A DNA stretch of 64,000 nt from an uncultured Nitrososphaerota archaeon (GCA_964416155.1 CAYQCW010000007.1:25217-89216), one strand, 5' to 3'; counted from the first letter of the stretch, positions 9,046-19,137 are shown. Numbers and translations are program-made. Notes: a model not told the origin generated them from the letters alone.

Positions 9046-10943
9046 GCGCAGAGAAAGACATAAGGGAAGTAATCTTCGAGAAAATACCTAGAGAGGCCCA
9101 GATAGTCGGCATAGAGATGGAGGGGCCTGCGATAGCCGTCTACGTTGAGAACCCGGGCTTCCTGGTGAGTGGGCAGCAGGTTCTGGCGGAGGTTGCTAAG
9201 CAGCTTAGGAAAAGGATTGTCGTAAGGACGGCTGTTAAAGCGAGGAAGCCGAAAGACGAGGCTGAGAAAACCATCAAGCAGCTGGTTCCCAAGAAGGCCG
9301 GCGTGGAGGCTGTTGTTTTCAACGATGTTTTCGGCGAGGTTCTGGTTTCAGTCAGACATCCGGATGCCGTCGAGGAGCTCGGGGAGAAGATTCTTAACGA
9401 TATTATGGTTGAAACAGGCTGGAAGCCAAGCATCATAAGAATACCCCCGCTCAGCACAACAGTCATACCGCAGGTCATGTATGTTTTCAACCAGAACGCT
9501 GAGGAGAGGTTCAGGATTCTCAGGGAGATCGGTGAAAGAATATTCAGGAAACCCTTGTTTAAGACTGAAAACATTACTCTAACTTTTCTAGGAGGCGCTG
9601 AGCAGGTTGGGAGGTCCAGCATTCTTGTTTCAACAGATGAGAGTAATGTTCTCATGGATTTCGGGATAAACCCTGCTGCAAGCTCCTATTCTGATTCTTT
9701 CCCAAGGATCGACAGGATACCGATCTCCGTTGAAAACATAGATGCTGTCGTGGTTTCCCACGCTCACCTGGACCACATGGGCGGGCTTCCCCTGCTCTTC
9801 AAATACGGATACCATGGCCCAGTCTACATGACTGAGCCCACAGTATACTTGATGTTCCTACTGCTCAACGACCTTTACGATGTTCTTCAGAAGAATGGCG
9901 TCACACCCTTCTTCGAGCTTAAGGATCTCAGGACTATTCTGCAGCACACGATTCCGGTGAAGTTCGGCGTGGTTGTCGACGTCGCCCCGGATATTAAGCT
10001 GACCTTCAGGAACGCTGGCCACATATTGGGCTCCGCGATAATTCATCTTCACATCGGCGAAGGGCTTCACAACATTGTCTTCACGGGAGACTTGAAGTAC
10101 GACCGCTCCATACTGCTCGAGCATGCTTCAACAATGTTTCCCAGGGTTGAGACGCTGATAACGGAGTGCACCTACGGCGGTGTGAACGACACGATGCCCC
10201 CTAGGGAGGAGGTTGAGAACAGGCTTGTCTCCCTTGTTAACTCTACGCTGGAGAAGAATGGGAATGTTCTCATCCCTACGCTCGCCGTGGGGAGAGCCCA
10301 AGAAATAATGCTTGTCCTAGACAACGCTATAAGGAGCAAGAAGATCCCCGAGGTGCCAATATATGTGGACGGCATGATCTCGGAGGTAACTGCGATACAC
10401 GCCTCATTCCCAAACTATCTATCCAAGGATCTCAGGGAGACGATGAACAACGGTGTCAATCCGTTTAAATCCGAATACGTGATCCCGGTTAAAAACTCGA
10501 TTCCAAGAGAGGAAATAACGGAGGCAAGGCGCAACATAATCCTTTCCCCCTCAGGAATGCTTGAAGGAGGCCCGGTGATAGAGTATTTTAAGCTGATCGC
10601 CCCGCAGGAGAACTCCATGGTGATATTCGTAAACTACCAGATAGAGGGGACTCTTGGAAACAGGGTTTTAAACGGGCTTAAGGAGCTTACGATGCAGAAC
10701 GCTAACGGCAGGGTTGAAGCAATAACCATAAAAAGCGCTGTGGAGAGAGTTGACGGTTTCTCAGGCCACTCCGACAGGAACCAGATACTGAACTACGTTA
10801 GGAGGGTCTACACTAAAAGGGGTCCCCTGTTTCTAGTCCACGGGGAGGCTAAGAAGATCCAGAACATGAAGAAGCTTTTAAACAGGACGTATGGGGAGAA
10901 CGTTTACTCGCCCAGGCTTCTTGAAACCTACAGGGCTCTTTAA
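9043..10943 (+). CDS. Archaeal CPSF1-type beta-CASP ribonuclease (KH domains + metallo-beta-lactamase)
   Basis: VVVSHAHLDHMGGLP His motif, beta-CASP C-terminal blocks, N-terminal KH region. Start taken at MSAEKD because the upstream extension overlaps the proteasome gene. Confidence 0.85.
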
Positions 10944-11040
10944 ACAGTTCTTCGCTAATCATGCTTTCAAGCCTGGGGCCTGTTCCCCACCTTTTGGCTG
11001 GAAAAGTATTTATTTAAGCTTCCCGCGGAATCCTTGAGAA

Positions 11041-11289
11041 TTGTCCGCGGATACTACGATGGAGCTGCTTCAAGCATCCCTGGGTAAGAGCATAATAGTG
11101 AAGCTCAGGGGAGGGGCGAAGATACGTGGAATCCTAGACGGGTATGATCCTCATCTGAACATCGTTCTTTCCAGCGCTGAGGAGCTCAAGGGGAACGAGA
11201 CGACTAGGCTTGGACTGATCGTGATAAGGGGGGACAACGTTATCCTGATCTCCCCCCCGATAGAGTATAAGCCTGAGGGGAAGGAGTAG
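11041..11289 (+). CDS. Sm-like archaeal protein (LSm)
   Basis: Sm1/Sm2 fold (IIVKLRGGAKIRGILDGYDPHLNIVL...RGDNVILI). Confidence 0.8.
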   Translation: MSADTTMELLQASLGKSIIVKLRGGAKIRGILDGYDPHLNIVLSSAEELKGNETTRLGLIVIRGDNVILISPPIEYKPEGKE

Positions 11290-11295
11290 AGGGAA

Positions 11296-11496
11296 ATGGG
11301 CAAGACCTCGGCGGGGACAACGGCCTTCGGAAGACTCCATAAGAAGTCAACTCACAAGATATGCAGGAGATGTGGAAGAAGGTCTTTCAACATTAGGAAG
11401 AAGTATTGCGCGGCATGCGGCTTCGGCAGGAGCCCGAGGATAAGAAGATACTCTTGGCAGAACAAGAAGCTGCAGAGGATCGTGAGAGTTGTCTAG
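11296..11496 (+). CDS. rpl37e: Ribosomal protein L37e
   Basis: C4 zinc ribbon [20 protein letters not shown], 66 aa. Confidence 0.85.
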   Translation: MGKTSAGTTAFGRLHKKSTHKICRRCGRRSFNIRKKYCAACGFGRSPRIRRYSWQNKKLQRIVRVV

Positions 11497-11499
11497 GAT

Positions 11500-12138
11500 T
11501 TGACTGTTGATTTAAATAGTAGGATAAGCCTCCTCATCAAAGAGTCTTACGAGTATTTGAAGAGGCAGGAGGACGTTAAGTACGACCTGCTGAGAAGCAT
11601 AAGCAGCATTGTGAAGAAGTGTAGAAGCTCCGTTAAAGCATCCTACGCGCACGATTTCAAGGCTTCGAGAAGAATACTGGACGGCGTGCAGCAAGACATA
11701 GCGAGGCTCGTTAAGACTGCTTACCGGGAGGGAGTCTGGGAAACATGGCCACCAATAGTGCAGACATACCAGGAGTTTCTCGAGGCGGTTCTAGTATACT
11801 GGTTCACATCCGGCAGGGAGTATAGGCTAAGGGTTAAGCCTCCACCGGCTTCAATACTCTACGCTATCTCAGACTTTATAGGAGAGTTGAAGAGACTCAT
11901 GCTCGAGCATCTTAGGAGGGGTGAGTTGAGGGAGGCTGAGGAAACCTACAGGATTATGGGTCAGCTTTATGAGAACGTTTCAACGATCGCGCTCGGAGAC
12001 TCGGCGCTGCCCGGCTTCAAGAGGAAGATAGATGTTAACAGGTCTTCGGTGGAGTCTGCCTTCTCGATTCTGAACGAGGAGCTCCGTAGAAGAGCATTCC
12101 TGTCGTCAATGGAAGAATACTTTGAGAAGCTCCGCTGA
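11500..12138 (+). CDS. Translin-family all-helical protein (tentative)
   Basis: 212 aa. YQEFLEAVLVYWFTSG and ISDFIGELKRLMLE resemble translin core helices. Assignment from memory, not searched. Confidence 0.4.
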   Translation: MTVDLNSRISLLIKESYEYLKRQEDVKYDLLRSISSIVKKCRSSVKASYAHDFKASRRILDGVQQDIARLVKTAYREGVWETWPPIVQTYQEFLEAVLVYWFTSGREYRLRVKPPPASILYAISDFIGELKRLMLEHLRRGELREAEETYRIMGQLYENVSTIALGDSALPGFKRKIDVNRSSVESAFSILNEELRRRAFLSSMEEYFEKLR

Positions 12139-12784
12139 CACGCTTGAAACATGGGAGGGCCTGAAACTGGATCAGGCTCTTTACGAGAGGCTTTGCGAAA
12201 CCCAGAGACTCATCTCTAAAAGGGTTGTTGTCTCAGAAGAGCATTGTGAAAGGGTTGAAAAGGTTGCTGGCGTCGACGCTTCCTACTGTGGAGACTCAGC
12301 CTTCGTAGGCTTCACGGTTTTCAGCATCCCGGAGAACAGGATAATCCTTGTAAGCGTTTCGACGGCCCGTTCAAGAATGCCTTATTTTTCCTCGCTCCTA
12401 TGCTTCAGAGAGGGGCCGGTTATCCTACCTATTCTTAGAAGGTTTCTTACTGAGTATGACGTGCTTCTGGTTAACGGCCATGGGCTCGCCCACCCGAGGA
12501 AATGCGGCTTAGCCACATACCTTGGAGTACTGCTTAACAAGCCCACCATAGGGGTTGCTAGAAAACCCTTGGGGAGGCTTGACGAGGAGCATAACGTTAA
12601 CCATTTAAGAGAGTTCGGAGACAGGTTTTACTACAGCGTGGGAAACATGATGACTCTTGAAGGAGCGTTCAACGTGCTTAGGAGGATCACCCTGAAGAAC
12701 AGGGGCCTCCCAATACCTCTTGAGACAGCACACTCGTTCTCGAGAAAAACGTTAACGCTGGTGGCTGGTGATGAAAGAGTATAG
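12122..12784 (+). CDS. nfi: Endonuclease V
   Basis: VAGVDASY catalytic-Asp block, GHGLAHPRKCGLATYLGV motif. Confidence 0.85.
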   Translation: MRSSADTLETWEGLKLDQALYERLCETQRLISKRVVVSEEHCERVEKVAGVDASYCGDSAFVGFTVFSIPENRIILVSVSTARSRMPYFSSLLCFREGPVILPILRRFLTEYDVLLVNGHGLAHPRKCGLATYLGVLLNKPTIGVARKPLGRLDEEHNVNHLREFGDRFYYSVGNMMTLEGAFNVLRRITLKNRGLPIPLETAHSFSRKTLTLVAGDERV

Positions 12785-13457
12785 AAAGATGTTCATGCTG
12801 ATCGCCATCGCGAAGCTCGCCGGCGAGGAGAAGACGCCTGTTTCAACAAGAAGGCTCTCCAAGGCTACTGGTGTTTCGCATCAGTCCGCCTCCAGGTATC
12901 TCAGGGAGCTTGAGAAAGAAGGCCTTGTTGAAACCGTGATGACGCCAAGAGGACGGGTGATAAAGCTTTCAAGCAGAGGGTTGAACCAGATTAAGCTTCA
13001 CGCGGGTACAATCCTATCCTTGATAAACATGGTTGACAAGACCTATGTTTTCACAGGGAAGGTTTTCACAGGGCTCGGTGAGGGAGCATACTATGTTTCC
13101 AGGAAGCCTTATCTCGAACAGTTCTACTCTAAGCTCGGCTTCTACCCTTACCTTGGCACGCTTAACCTGAGAATAGAGCAGTACATGGATCAGCTTCTGC
13201 TCATCGAGAAAATGTCTAAGCCGCCGGTCTTCATTCAGGGCTTTACAAACCATGAGAGAACATTTGGAGACGGGTATTGCTACCCGGTTATCGTGGGCAA
13301 TAATTACGAGGGCGCCATAGTTAAGGCTTTGAGAACAGTTTACGACAGTTCAGTGGTTGAAATAATCTCGCCCCACAACCTCAGGAAGGAGCTGAAGCTT
13401 AAGGACGGGGACACTGTAACCTTCACTTTCAAAAACGTGGAAACAGGAGGAAGGTAG
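12768..13457 (+). CDS. ribK: CTP-dependent riboflavin kinase with N-terminal winged-helix domain
   Basis: Archaeal RibK core (VFTGLGEGAYYVSRKPYLEQF...YPYLGTLNLRI) preceded by a wHTH. Confidence 0.8.
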   Translation: MMKEYRKMFMLIAIAKLAGEEKTPVSTRRLSKATGVSHQSASRYLRELEKEGLVETVMTPRGRVIKLSSRGLNQIKLHAGTILSLINMVDKTYVFTGKVFTGLGEGAYYVSRKPYLEQFYSKLGFYPYLGTLNLRIEQYMDQLLLIEKMSKPPVFIQGFTNHERTFGDGYCYPVIVGNNYEGAIVKALRTVYDSSVVEIISPHNLRKELKLKDGDTVTFTFKNVETGGR

Positions 13458-13477
13458 GAAGCGGAGAAAAGCCTAAA

Positions 13478-13930
13478 CTATGTTCCCCTAATCTTCTCAA
13501 TCTTCTCAATAATCTTGCTCGAGCTAGTGTCGAAAAACTTCCTCATTTTAACAGTCTTGATTTCAAGCCCAAGCCTTTTCAAAACCCTTTGAGTCCTTCT
13601 CATAATGTTTGTCTGATCGTAGCCGAAAACAATAACATCCGGCTTAAGCCTCTTCAGAAACCACTCAATATTCTTCTCAATATCACCTCTTCTCCCAATG
13701 TAAACCCCGTCAACAGGCTTAAGCTTGGAAACCATGAAAGCCCGGTCCCTAGCCCTGAACATTGGGCTCCTACCCTTATTGTCCTTAACCACGCTGTCGC
13801 ATGCAACAATAACGAGAAGCCTGCCGTCCTCACCCGCCAGACGCTTAGCCTCCTCCAGAAACCTTATGTGACCCGGGTGAATAATGTCGAAAACACCCGT
13901 GGTAAGCACAACAACGCTCCTCCTTCTCAT
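13478..13930 (-). CDS. ribL: FAD synthase (archaeal RibL, cytidylyltransferase-like)
   Basis: TGVFDIIHPGHIRFLEEAK (H/TxGH) nucleotidyltransferase motif, 150 aa. Convergent with ribK. Confidence 0.8.
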   Translation of the reverse strand: MRRRSVVVLTTGVFDIIHPGHIRFLEEAKRLAGEDGRLLVIVACDSVVKDNKGRSPMFRARDRAFMVSKLKPVDGVYIGRRGDIEKNIEWFLKRLKPDVIVFGYDQTNIMRRTQRVLKRLGLEIKTVKMRKFFDTSSSKIIEKIEKIRGT

Positions 13931-14089
13931 GACGAGGCCTCCGCCCTAAGGGTGGGCAGCATGGTTAAAAATTTTTAAAACCCCTGCTTAAAGAATAGTG
14001 CCTACAGAGCCGGTTTGGCACGCGCTAACAGATGAACAAAGAATGATGCAAAAGTTTCCTCCCGCCCCATACAACGCTTAAATACTTGA

Positions 14090-14106
14090 AGGAAATATTT
14101 TTATAC
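14090..14106 (+). promoter_or_regulatory. TATA-like box upstream of tRNA-Lys(CUU)
   Basis: AAATATTTTTATACC about 25 bp upstream of the tRNA 5' end. Confidence 0.4.
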
Positions 14107-14129
14107 CCTGTTGTAGCGGAAACTCCTGT

Positions 14130-14257
14130 GGGCCCGTAGCTCAGACGAGAAAAGTTTAAATATGTCTTGAAGCGTGTGCCACGCGCGGCTCGGAGCAGCA
14201 TGGTAGAGCAGCAGGCTCTTAACCTGAGGGTCGAGGGTTCAAATCCCTCCGGGCCCG
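14130..14257 (+). tRNA. tRNA-Lys (anticodon CUU) with a ~53-nt non-canonical intron in the D-arm region
   Basis: Hand fold: acceptor GGGCCCG/CGGGCCC, D-arm GCTC..AGCATGGTAGAGC, anticodon loop CTCTTAA, T-arm GAGGGTTCAAATCCCTC. The 128-nt span means ~53 nt of insert after the 5' GCTCAG. 27-43 is a G.A mismatch, so the anticodon-stem register is tentative. Confidence 0.6.
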
Positions 14258-14463
14258 CATTGCAAAATTAAAACGTTAAACAAAGCGCGCATATTTCACA
14301 CGCTCGCTGAAAGCTTAAGCACATGCCGTTGTGATAAATAGTGTAAGGATAAAAATGGAGGGAAAACACGCTTGTCTCTAGCATGCTTGGGTAGAGGGCA
14401 TGCTCATCCTGTGGTTATTTTTTTTCTTCGCAGCCTCAACAAGCTTCTGGATGGTTTCGAGCG

Positions 14464-15096
14464 ATGGTGACTTGTCCTTTAACACTTTTCTCAGGTTTTC
14501 ATGTAATTCTTTCGGGTCTGACTGCGCGAGTTTCTCGAATCATGATGATTTTACGTCTAGCGCACGCTATGGGGTTCGTTTCCTTCGCGATGCCCGCCAG
14601 GGAGCTCTTTGAGGACAATGTTCTGGGCGACCTCTTGCCCAGCACCCTGATGAGTCTGAAATACTTTTCTAAGAAGACTAAAACGGATTTCGAGCTGCTA
14701 ATCTATGGCATTGGCCATAGGCTTAAGTACAGGGGAATAAATAGCTATAGCAATCTCTCATGGTTCCTAGAGGCCAAACACGGATGCTATTTTAAGGATG
14801 GCTGGTCGTACGACCTTAGAGATCCTGAAATCAGGTTTGAAGAATGTGATTGCGAGGTCTGCAAAGGGTTAATGCCCCAGGAAATTATTGACCTGATGTT
14901 CAGCGACAAGGAGCTCGGTCAAGACGCTTATCCTCCACAACCTGCTCGACATGAAGGGGGCTTTATCGAGGAGGAAATAGATGGGTGGAGGTTCGAGGGT
15001 AAAGCAGTACCAGAGAAGGTTCTTCGAGGGGGAGCAGGGAAGGGAAGAAAAGGAGGAAGAAGCCTTCCATGTTGTAAGGACCTTCGGAGAGTATGA
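14464..15096 (+). CDS. Hypothetical protein with CxCxxC-x30-H zinc motif (TGT-like zinc site), in AT-rich island
   Basis: ECDCEVCKGL ... PARH. Low-complexity C-terminus overlaps another frame. Likely decayed. Confidence 0.3.
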   Translation: MVTCPLTLFSGFHVILSGLTARVSRIMMILRLAHAMGFVSFAMPARELFEDNVLGDLLPSTLMSLKYFSKKTKTDFELLIYGIGHRLKYRGINSYSNLSWFLEAKHGCYFKDGWSYDLRDPEIRFEECDCEVCKGLMPQEIIDLMFSDKELGQDAYPPQPARHEGGFIEEEIDGWRFEGKAVPEKVLRGGAGKGRKGGRSLPCCKDLRRV

Positions 15097-15214
15097 GATC
15101 CGCGGGGCGGAGAGTGTGGATATGAGCTTCTTAAAGGAGGCGAAGTTATTGGAATCTTTTCTCAAGCCAAGGTTGAAGAAGACAGAGTTGCCTTCAAGCT
15201 GAGTCACGGGATGA

Positions 15215-15919
15215 ACTTGGAGGTATCTGGAAAAAGGAGTTAGAGAAATACTTACTCCAGCAAAAGCAGAGTTATGCGGCTTAATAGCTGCAGACGGTAC
15301 TATTTGTAAATATCGAGGAGAGAAAGGACAAGGCGGCGGGTACGAGGTCTCTAACAAGTGTAAACCACGAACTCGAGGTTTTCAAGGAATTATTCGGAGA
15401 TACTTATAAGTATGACTTTCCACGAACATATTAAACATCATAAAACGAACGAAGGAAGGAGAAAAGGAGCATTATCATGTAGCAACGTATAATAGGAAAG
15501 TAGCCTATGATCTATGGAGCTTCATTAAGGGACCAGACCCCTATGAATTCCACCCGCCTATACAGTACCTTGACGATGAAGGCAAGAGGGCTTATCTAAT
15601 GGGTTTCTTTTCCGGAGACGGTAATGTCTCTATGACTAAAGAAGGCGGGCATGCCATCCGAATCTATTCGTCTTATAAGGAAGGGCTAAAGGAATTAAAA
15701 GAAATGTTTGAAGATTTAGGATTCCATCCGAGCGAAATTCATGAGCAACATGAGAAGCCCACTCTTGGACGACATAGGAAAGAATATAACTACTATTTCA
15801 GTATTCCAGAAGAAGATCACCTGAGGTTCATGGAGGTAGGATCAGAAAAGTTGGGGCATAAAAGAAAGTTTGAACTAATAAAGCTAATAAATGGAAGAAA
15901 GAAAAAGGAGGAGGATTAG
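15215..15919 (+). pseudogene. Double-motif LAGLIDADG homing endonuclease, single frame interrupted by in-frame stop codons
   Basis: Motif 1 ELCGLIAADGTI (15269-15304) and motif 2 YLMGFFSGDGNV (about 15590-15625) lie in the same frame. TGA at 15200 and 15212, TAA at 15407, TGA at 15413 interrupt it. Region is AT-rich relative to flanks. Confidence 0.65.
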
Positions 15920-15924
15920 TTAGA

Positions 15925-16522
15925 ATGACACCTATGGCCGCTACTCTTTGGGTGTGGGGTGATGATTTTGACCATGTTAGGAAGAATTGTGAAAAGTATG
16001 TGAGCAAAAAGTGGAAAGAGAACATAAAGGAATGCAGTATAGAGATCTCCGCCAGAAGGAGGGACGAGGGTATTTGTTACTATATTGTTGTCTATACAAG
16101 TAACCTCCAAAGCATTGGAGACTTGGCCGAAGGCTTATTCGATTCTTTCGAGTGAAGAAGTATATCGAAAATCTATGGAAGAAGTGGAAAAAGAGCTTAG
16201 GGAACGAGAGGGAGGCATCGTTGAAAAATTTAGCGAAGAGCCGGGGGTGAAGTCTGTGGTGCAAGGGCGAAAGATCGTGTTTATTCCTCAAACCAGTCTT
16301 CTCTGCGAATTGAGCTCGAAAATCGCGAATAAGACAGTGATAGAGGTGGTGCATGAGGATTTCTCACCTATGAAGGATTTATTACATTCTTTAAGCAACA
16401 GGATGATTGAAAGAGGATTAGCGGAACAAATTTTGGGCTATGATTGGTGGAAAGGCGTTAACGACCTTAAGATTGGAGACATGGACATACGGGAAGACAA
16501 GGTTCTAGTATGGCTCATCTAA
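15925..16522 (+). other. Two overlapping-frame hypothetical ORF fragments abutting the tRNA-Leu 3' end (possible element remnant)
   Basis: ORFs 15925..16155 and 16085..16522 sit in different frames with no recognisable domains. The second ends 1 bp before tRNA-Leu. Confidence 0.25.
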
Positions 16523-16523
16523 G

Positions 16524-16621
16524 TGCGGGGGGTGGGATTTGAACCCACGAACCCCTTCGGGAAGAGGTCTCTCCCCGAGGTCTTGAGCCTCCCGCCTTTG
16601 GCCTGGCTTGGCGACCCCCGC
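16524..16621 (-). tRNA. tRNA-Leu (anticodon CAA) with 13-nt canonical intron
   Basis: Acceptor GCGGGGG/CCCCCGC, anticodon loop CTCAAG[13-nt intron]A, long variable arm TCCCGAAGGGGTTC, T-arm GTGGGTTCAAATCCCAC; 98 nt total. Confidence 0.8.
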
Positions 16622-16672
16622 CTTCTTCCCTGTAGTAAGACATATTATTTCGGATTGTTTTTAAGTTTTAGG

Positions 16673-16957
16673 ATGAGGCTGAGTGAAGTTTTCGCCAGCA
16701 GGGTTCAGGCGAGGGTTTTAGAGGAGCTTTTAAACGCTCCTCACACTATTTTCACGCAGGTTGAGCTTGCTAGGAGGGCTGGCTGCTCCTCCTCCAGCGT
16801 TGACAGGGCTCTTAAGAACCTTATGAGGCTCGGCTTAATCAGGATTGAGAGGCTTTCAGCCAATAAGATTGTTGCGTTAAATCTTAATAGCAGGGTTGTG
16901 TCCCTCCTCATTCAGTTTAACAGGGATGTGAAGAAGGCTGATAGAGATACTGCTTAG
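16673..16957 (+). CDS. Winged-helix transcriptional regulator (small)
   Basis: MRLSEVFASRVQARVLEELLN...ELARRAGCSSSSVDRALKNLMRLGLI HTH. The upstream part of the listed ORF is antisense to tRNA-Leu and was discounted. Confidence 0.5.
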   Translation: MRLSEVFASRVQARVLEELLNAPHTIFTQVELARRAGCSSSSVDRALKNLMRLGLIRIERLSANKIVALNLNSRVVSLLIQFNRDVKKADRDTA

Positions 16958-16979
16958 AGAGAGGATAAGCGGCAGGGGG

Positions 16980-17594
16980 TTGACGTTTCTCGGCTTAGAG
17001 GGCTCCAGCGGAATGGGTGTTATTCAGGCGGGGAACCTTGTTAGGCTCTTCAACATGAGGCCGCTTGGAGAGATCGTTTTCTACGGTTTCCCCGACAACC
17101 TGATCGTGGACTCCATGGGTGTTGGAAAGATTCCCACTGTGGACGTTTACCATGCTAAAACTGGGGATTTCAACATAAGTGTTTTCACGACGATGGTTAG
17201 GCAACAGTATATCGACTCTCTCGGCAACAGGGAGCGCAACATGTTTTTCTCATCGCTTCTCTACGCTATGAAACTAGTTGGGTCCAGTTTCCTATTAACC
17301 ATTGACTGTGTGAATGTTTCAAGCAAGAATAGGAAGGTGTATCTAATTGTTAATTCTTCAAAGCTTGCCGAGAGGTTTAAAGACAGGGATGACTGTGTTC
17401 TTGTAAAGGGGAGACGTTTAAGAAGCTCGCTGACGCTTGCAGTCGCTATGGCAAGTTTTCAAAAGATCCCTGCCCTGCAGATAGTGCTTCCAATCAGAGA
17501 GCTTACTGAGAGCAGGGTTCAGCATGGTTTTCAAAGCCTGGTTAGCGTTATTAACGATGTGCTGGTCTTCGTAGCAGAGTCTGGGAGAAGTTAA
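16980..17594 (+). CDS. Hypothetical protein (possibly PAC2-like)
   Basis: 204 aa. IVFYGFPDNLIVDSMGVGKI vaguely resembles PAC2-family GFPGIG. Weak. Confidence 0.25.
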   Translation: MTFLGLEGSSGMGVIQAGNLVRLFNMRPLGEIVFYGFPDNLIVDSMGVGKIPTVDVYHAKTGDFNISVFTTMVRQQYIDSLGNRERNMFFSSLLYAMKLVGSSFLLTIDCVNVSSKNRKVYLIVNSSKLAERFKDRDDCVLVKGRRLRSSLTLAVAMASFQKIPALQIVLPIRELTESRVQHGFQSLVSVINDVLVFVAESGRS

Positions 17595-17601
17595 ACCATT
17601 C

Positions 17602-18933
17602 CTACGGATAGTGCCAAGGACTTATGAAGCCATAGGTTTCTCCCAGCCTGTTCTTCTCAAGACCATATCTTTTCAACGGCTTGGTTAAGTGTCTATGGGA
17701 TCTTTCGGGCGGTAGATACGGGTGGTTCACCGTTAAACCCCGTTCCATTACGATTGTCTGAGGCTCCTCAACAGTCTCGCCGCATTCCTCGCAGGCGAAG
17801 CCCTGCCGTAGACCAAGGCTCTTACATTTTCTCCCGCATTTCGGACATGCCGGCGGTGTTCTCCTGATTTTCCTGCACAGTTTTAAAACCTCCATTTTCT
17901 CAGCGTTAACAACCAGTTTTCCCAAATGCTCTTTAACCCCGCCGTAAACCCTTATTTTGTCACCGGGCTCAAGCATGGATGCTGCTTTCTTCAAGCCTCC
18001 TGTAGGAGAGTAGAATGCGCATGAAATCCTTCCTCCGTCTTCAATAGTCACTATAACGTGCCCGCCTCGAATAATCTTCTTGTCGACTACGCTGCCCTCA
18101 ACCCGTGTTGAATCATATTTCTTAACTTGGCTGATTGCAACAGACTCTTCTAGAAAATGCGCGTCAGTACCCTGGTTGGCTTTGAAAATACACCAGCCTT
18201 CAATCTCCTCCTCAGTCTTAACAAGCCTGAACGCGTTGTAGACTGCTTCAGGCGTCTCCCCCCTTATTCCGAAGAGCACCGGATCCCTGCCGTGAGGAGT
18301 TATCAGGATGCGTTTCGTCTCCGGGTCAATATTGTTAAAAGTGTTTTTCGAAGCAAGCTCATCCATGAGGATAACGCTGTCCCGGTCTATTCTACGGGGC
18401 TTCCCATAGTTCTCACTTACCCTGTATGCGAGAAGCTCGAAAGTATAGTCGTCGAAGACAGCTCCAACCGCCGCAAGCGCTCCTACGACTCCAACCTTAG
18501 AAGTCTTCAGGAACCTGTAGGACGCCCCTGTCTCCTCAGCAATCTTCAACGCCTCAACCGGGGAGACCATGCTTCTCAACACCTTCAGGTAGAACTGGTG
18601 GAGCACATCTCCCTTCTGCGGGAGCCTGTTGCTGAAGACGATCGCGGGCTCTGACCTAGGGCTGTTTAAATCCGAAAGCTTTTCCACGATGCTTATGACG
18701 GATCCCGCAACCTCATCGTAAACCTGCTGGCTCTCAACCCTTATCCTTATGCTTACCGCCCCGTTACCCCTTGTCTTCCAAGGAATATTAGGGTTAAGCC
18801 TTACGAGAAGAGGATAGTCTATAAACTGGATGCTCCTCATGCCGTCTAGCTGGGTCACTATTCTCGCAGCAACATGCGTAGTACAGCCGAACACTTCCGA
18901 GTCCGTGTCGTCTATACCTATGTTAAGCAGCAT
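17602..18933 (-). CDS. tiaS: tRNA(Ile2) 2-agmatinylcytidine synthetase
   Basis: N-terminal MLLNIGIDDTDS...GCTTHVAA kinase-like motif characteristic of TiaS; C-terminal CPKCG...CEECG zinc ribbon; 443 aa. Confidence 0.8.
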   Translation of the reverse strand: MLLNIGIDDTDSEVFGCTTHVAARIVTQLDGMRSIQFIDYPLLVRLNPNIPWKTRGNGAVSIRIRVESQQVYDEVAGSVISIVEKLSDLNSPRSEPAIVFSNRLPQKGDVLHQFYLKVLRSMVSPVEALKIAEETGASYRFLKTSKVGVVGALAAVGAVFDDYTFELLAYRVSENYGKPRRIDRDSVILMDELASKNTFNNIDPETKRILITPHGRDPVLFGIRGETPEAVYNAFRLVKTEEEIEGWCIFKANQGTDAHFLEESVAISQVKKYDSTRVEGSVVDKKIIRGGHVIVTIEDGGRISCAFYSPTGGLKKAASMLEPGDKIRVYGGVKEHLGKLVVNAEKMEVLKLCRKIRRTPPACPKCGRKCKSLGLRQGFACEECGETVEEPQTIVMERGLTVNHPYLPPERSHRHLTKPLKRYGLEKNRLGETYGFISPWHYP

Positions 18934-19043
18934 TTCGGCTCAACGCTGAACAAACCTTAAACAGGAACCCCGGCTTTTAAGCATAGCCTTAAATACTCGA
19001 CTGATAAGCTAAGAGGCTGTTTTTCAGGAACAATCTTCCAGAA

Positions 19044-19137
19044 AGCCTCGGGAGGGATTCGAACCCTCGACATGCAGCATCCGCCCAGCCTTTTCCGCTT
19101 ACGAGGCTGCCACTCTACCAGGCTGAGTTACCGAGGC
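19044..19137 (-). tRNA. tRNA-Thr (anticodon CGU) with 20-nt canonical intron
   Basis: Acceptor GCCTCGG/CCGAGGC, D-arm ACTCAGCCTGGTAGAGT, anticodon loop CTCGTA[intron]A with 3' stem GCTGC, T-arm GAGGGTTCGAATCCCTC. Confidence 0.8.

Noticed and set aside
13589-13978. 129-aa ORF on plus strand
   Set aside because: Antisense to ribL; no motifs.
16523-16672. GTG-start extension of the wHTH ORF (MRGVGFEPTNPFGKR...) and the fact that the frame is open from 16085 to 16957 except for one TAA
   Set aside because: The extension is exactly antisense to tRNA-Leu. GC-rich tRNA antisense frames are often open by chance. Real start taken at the internal ATG at 16673.
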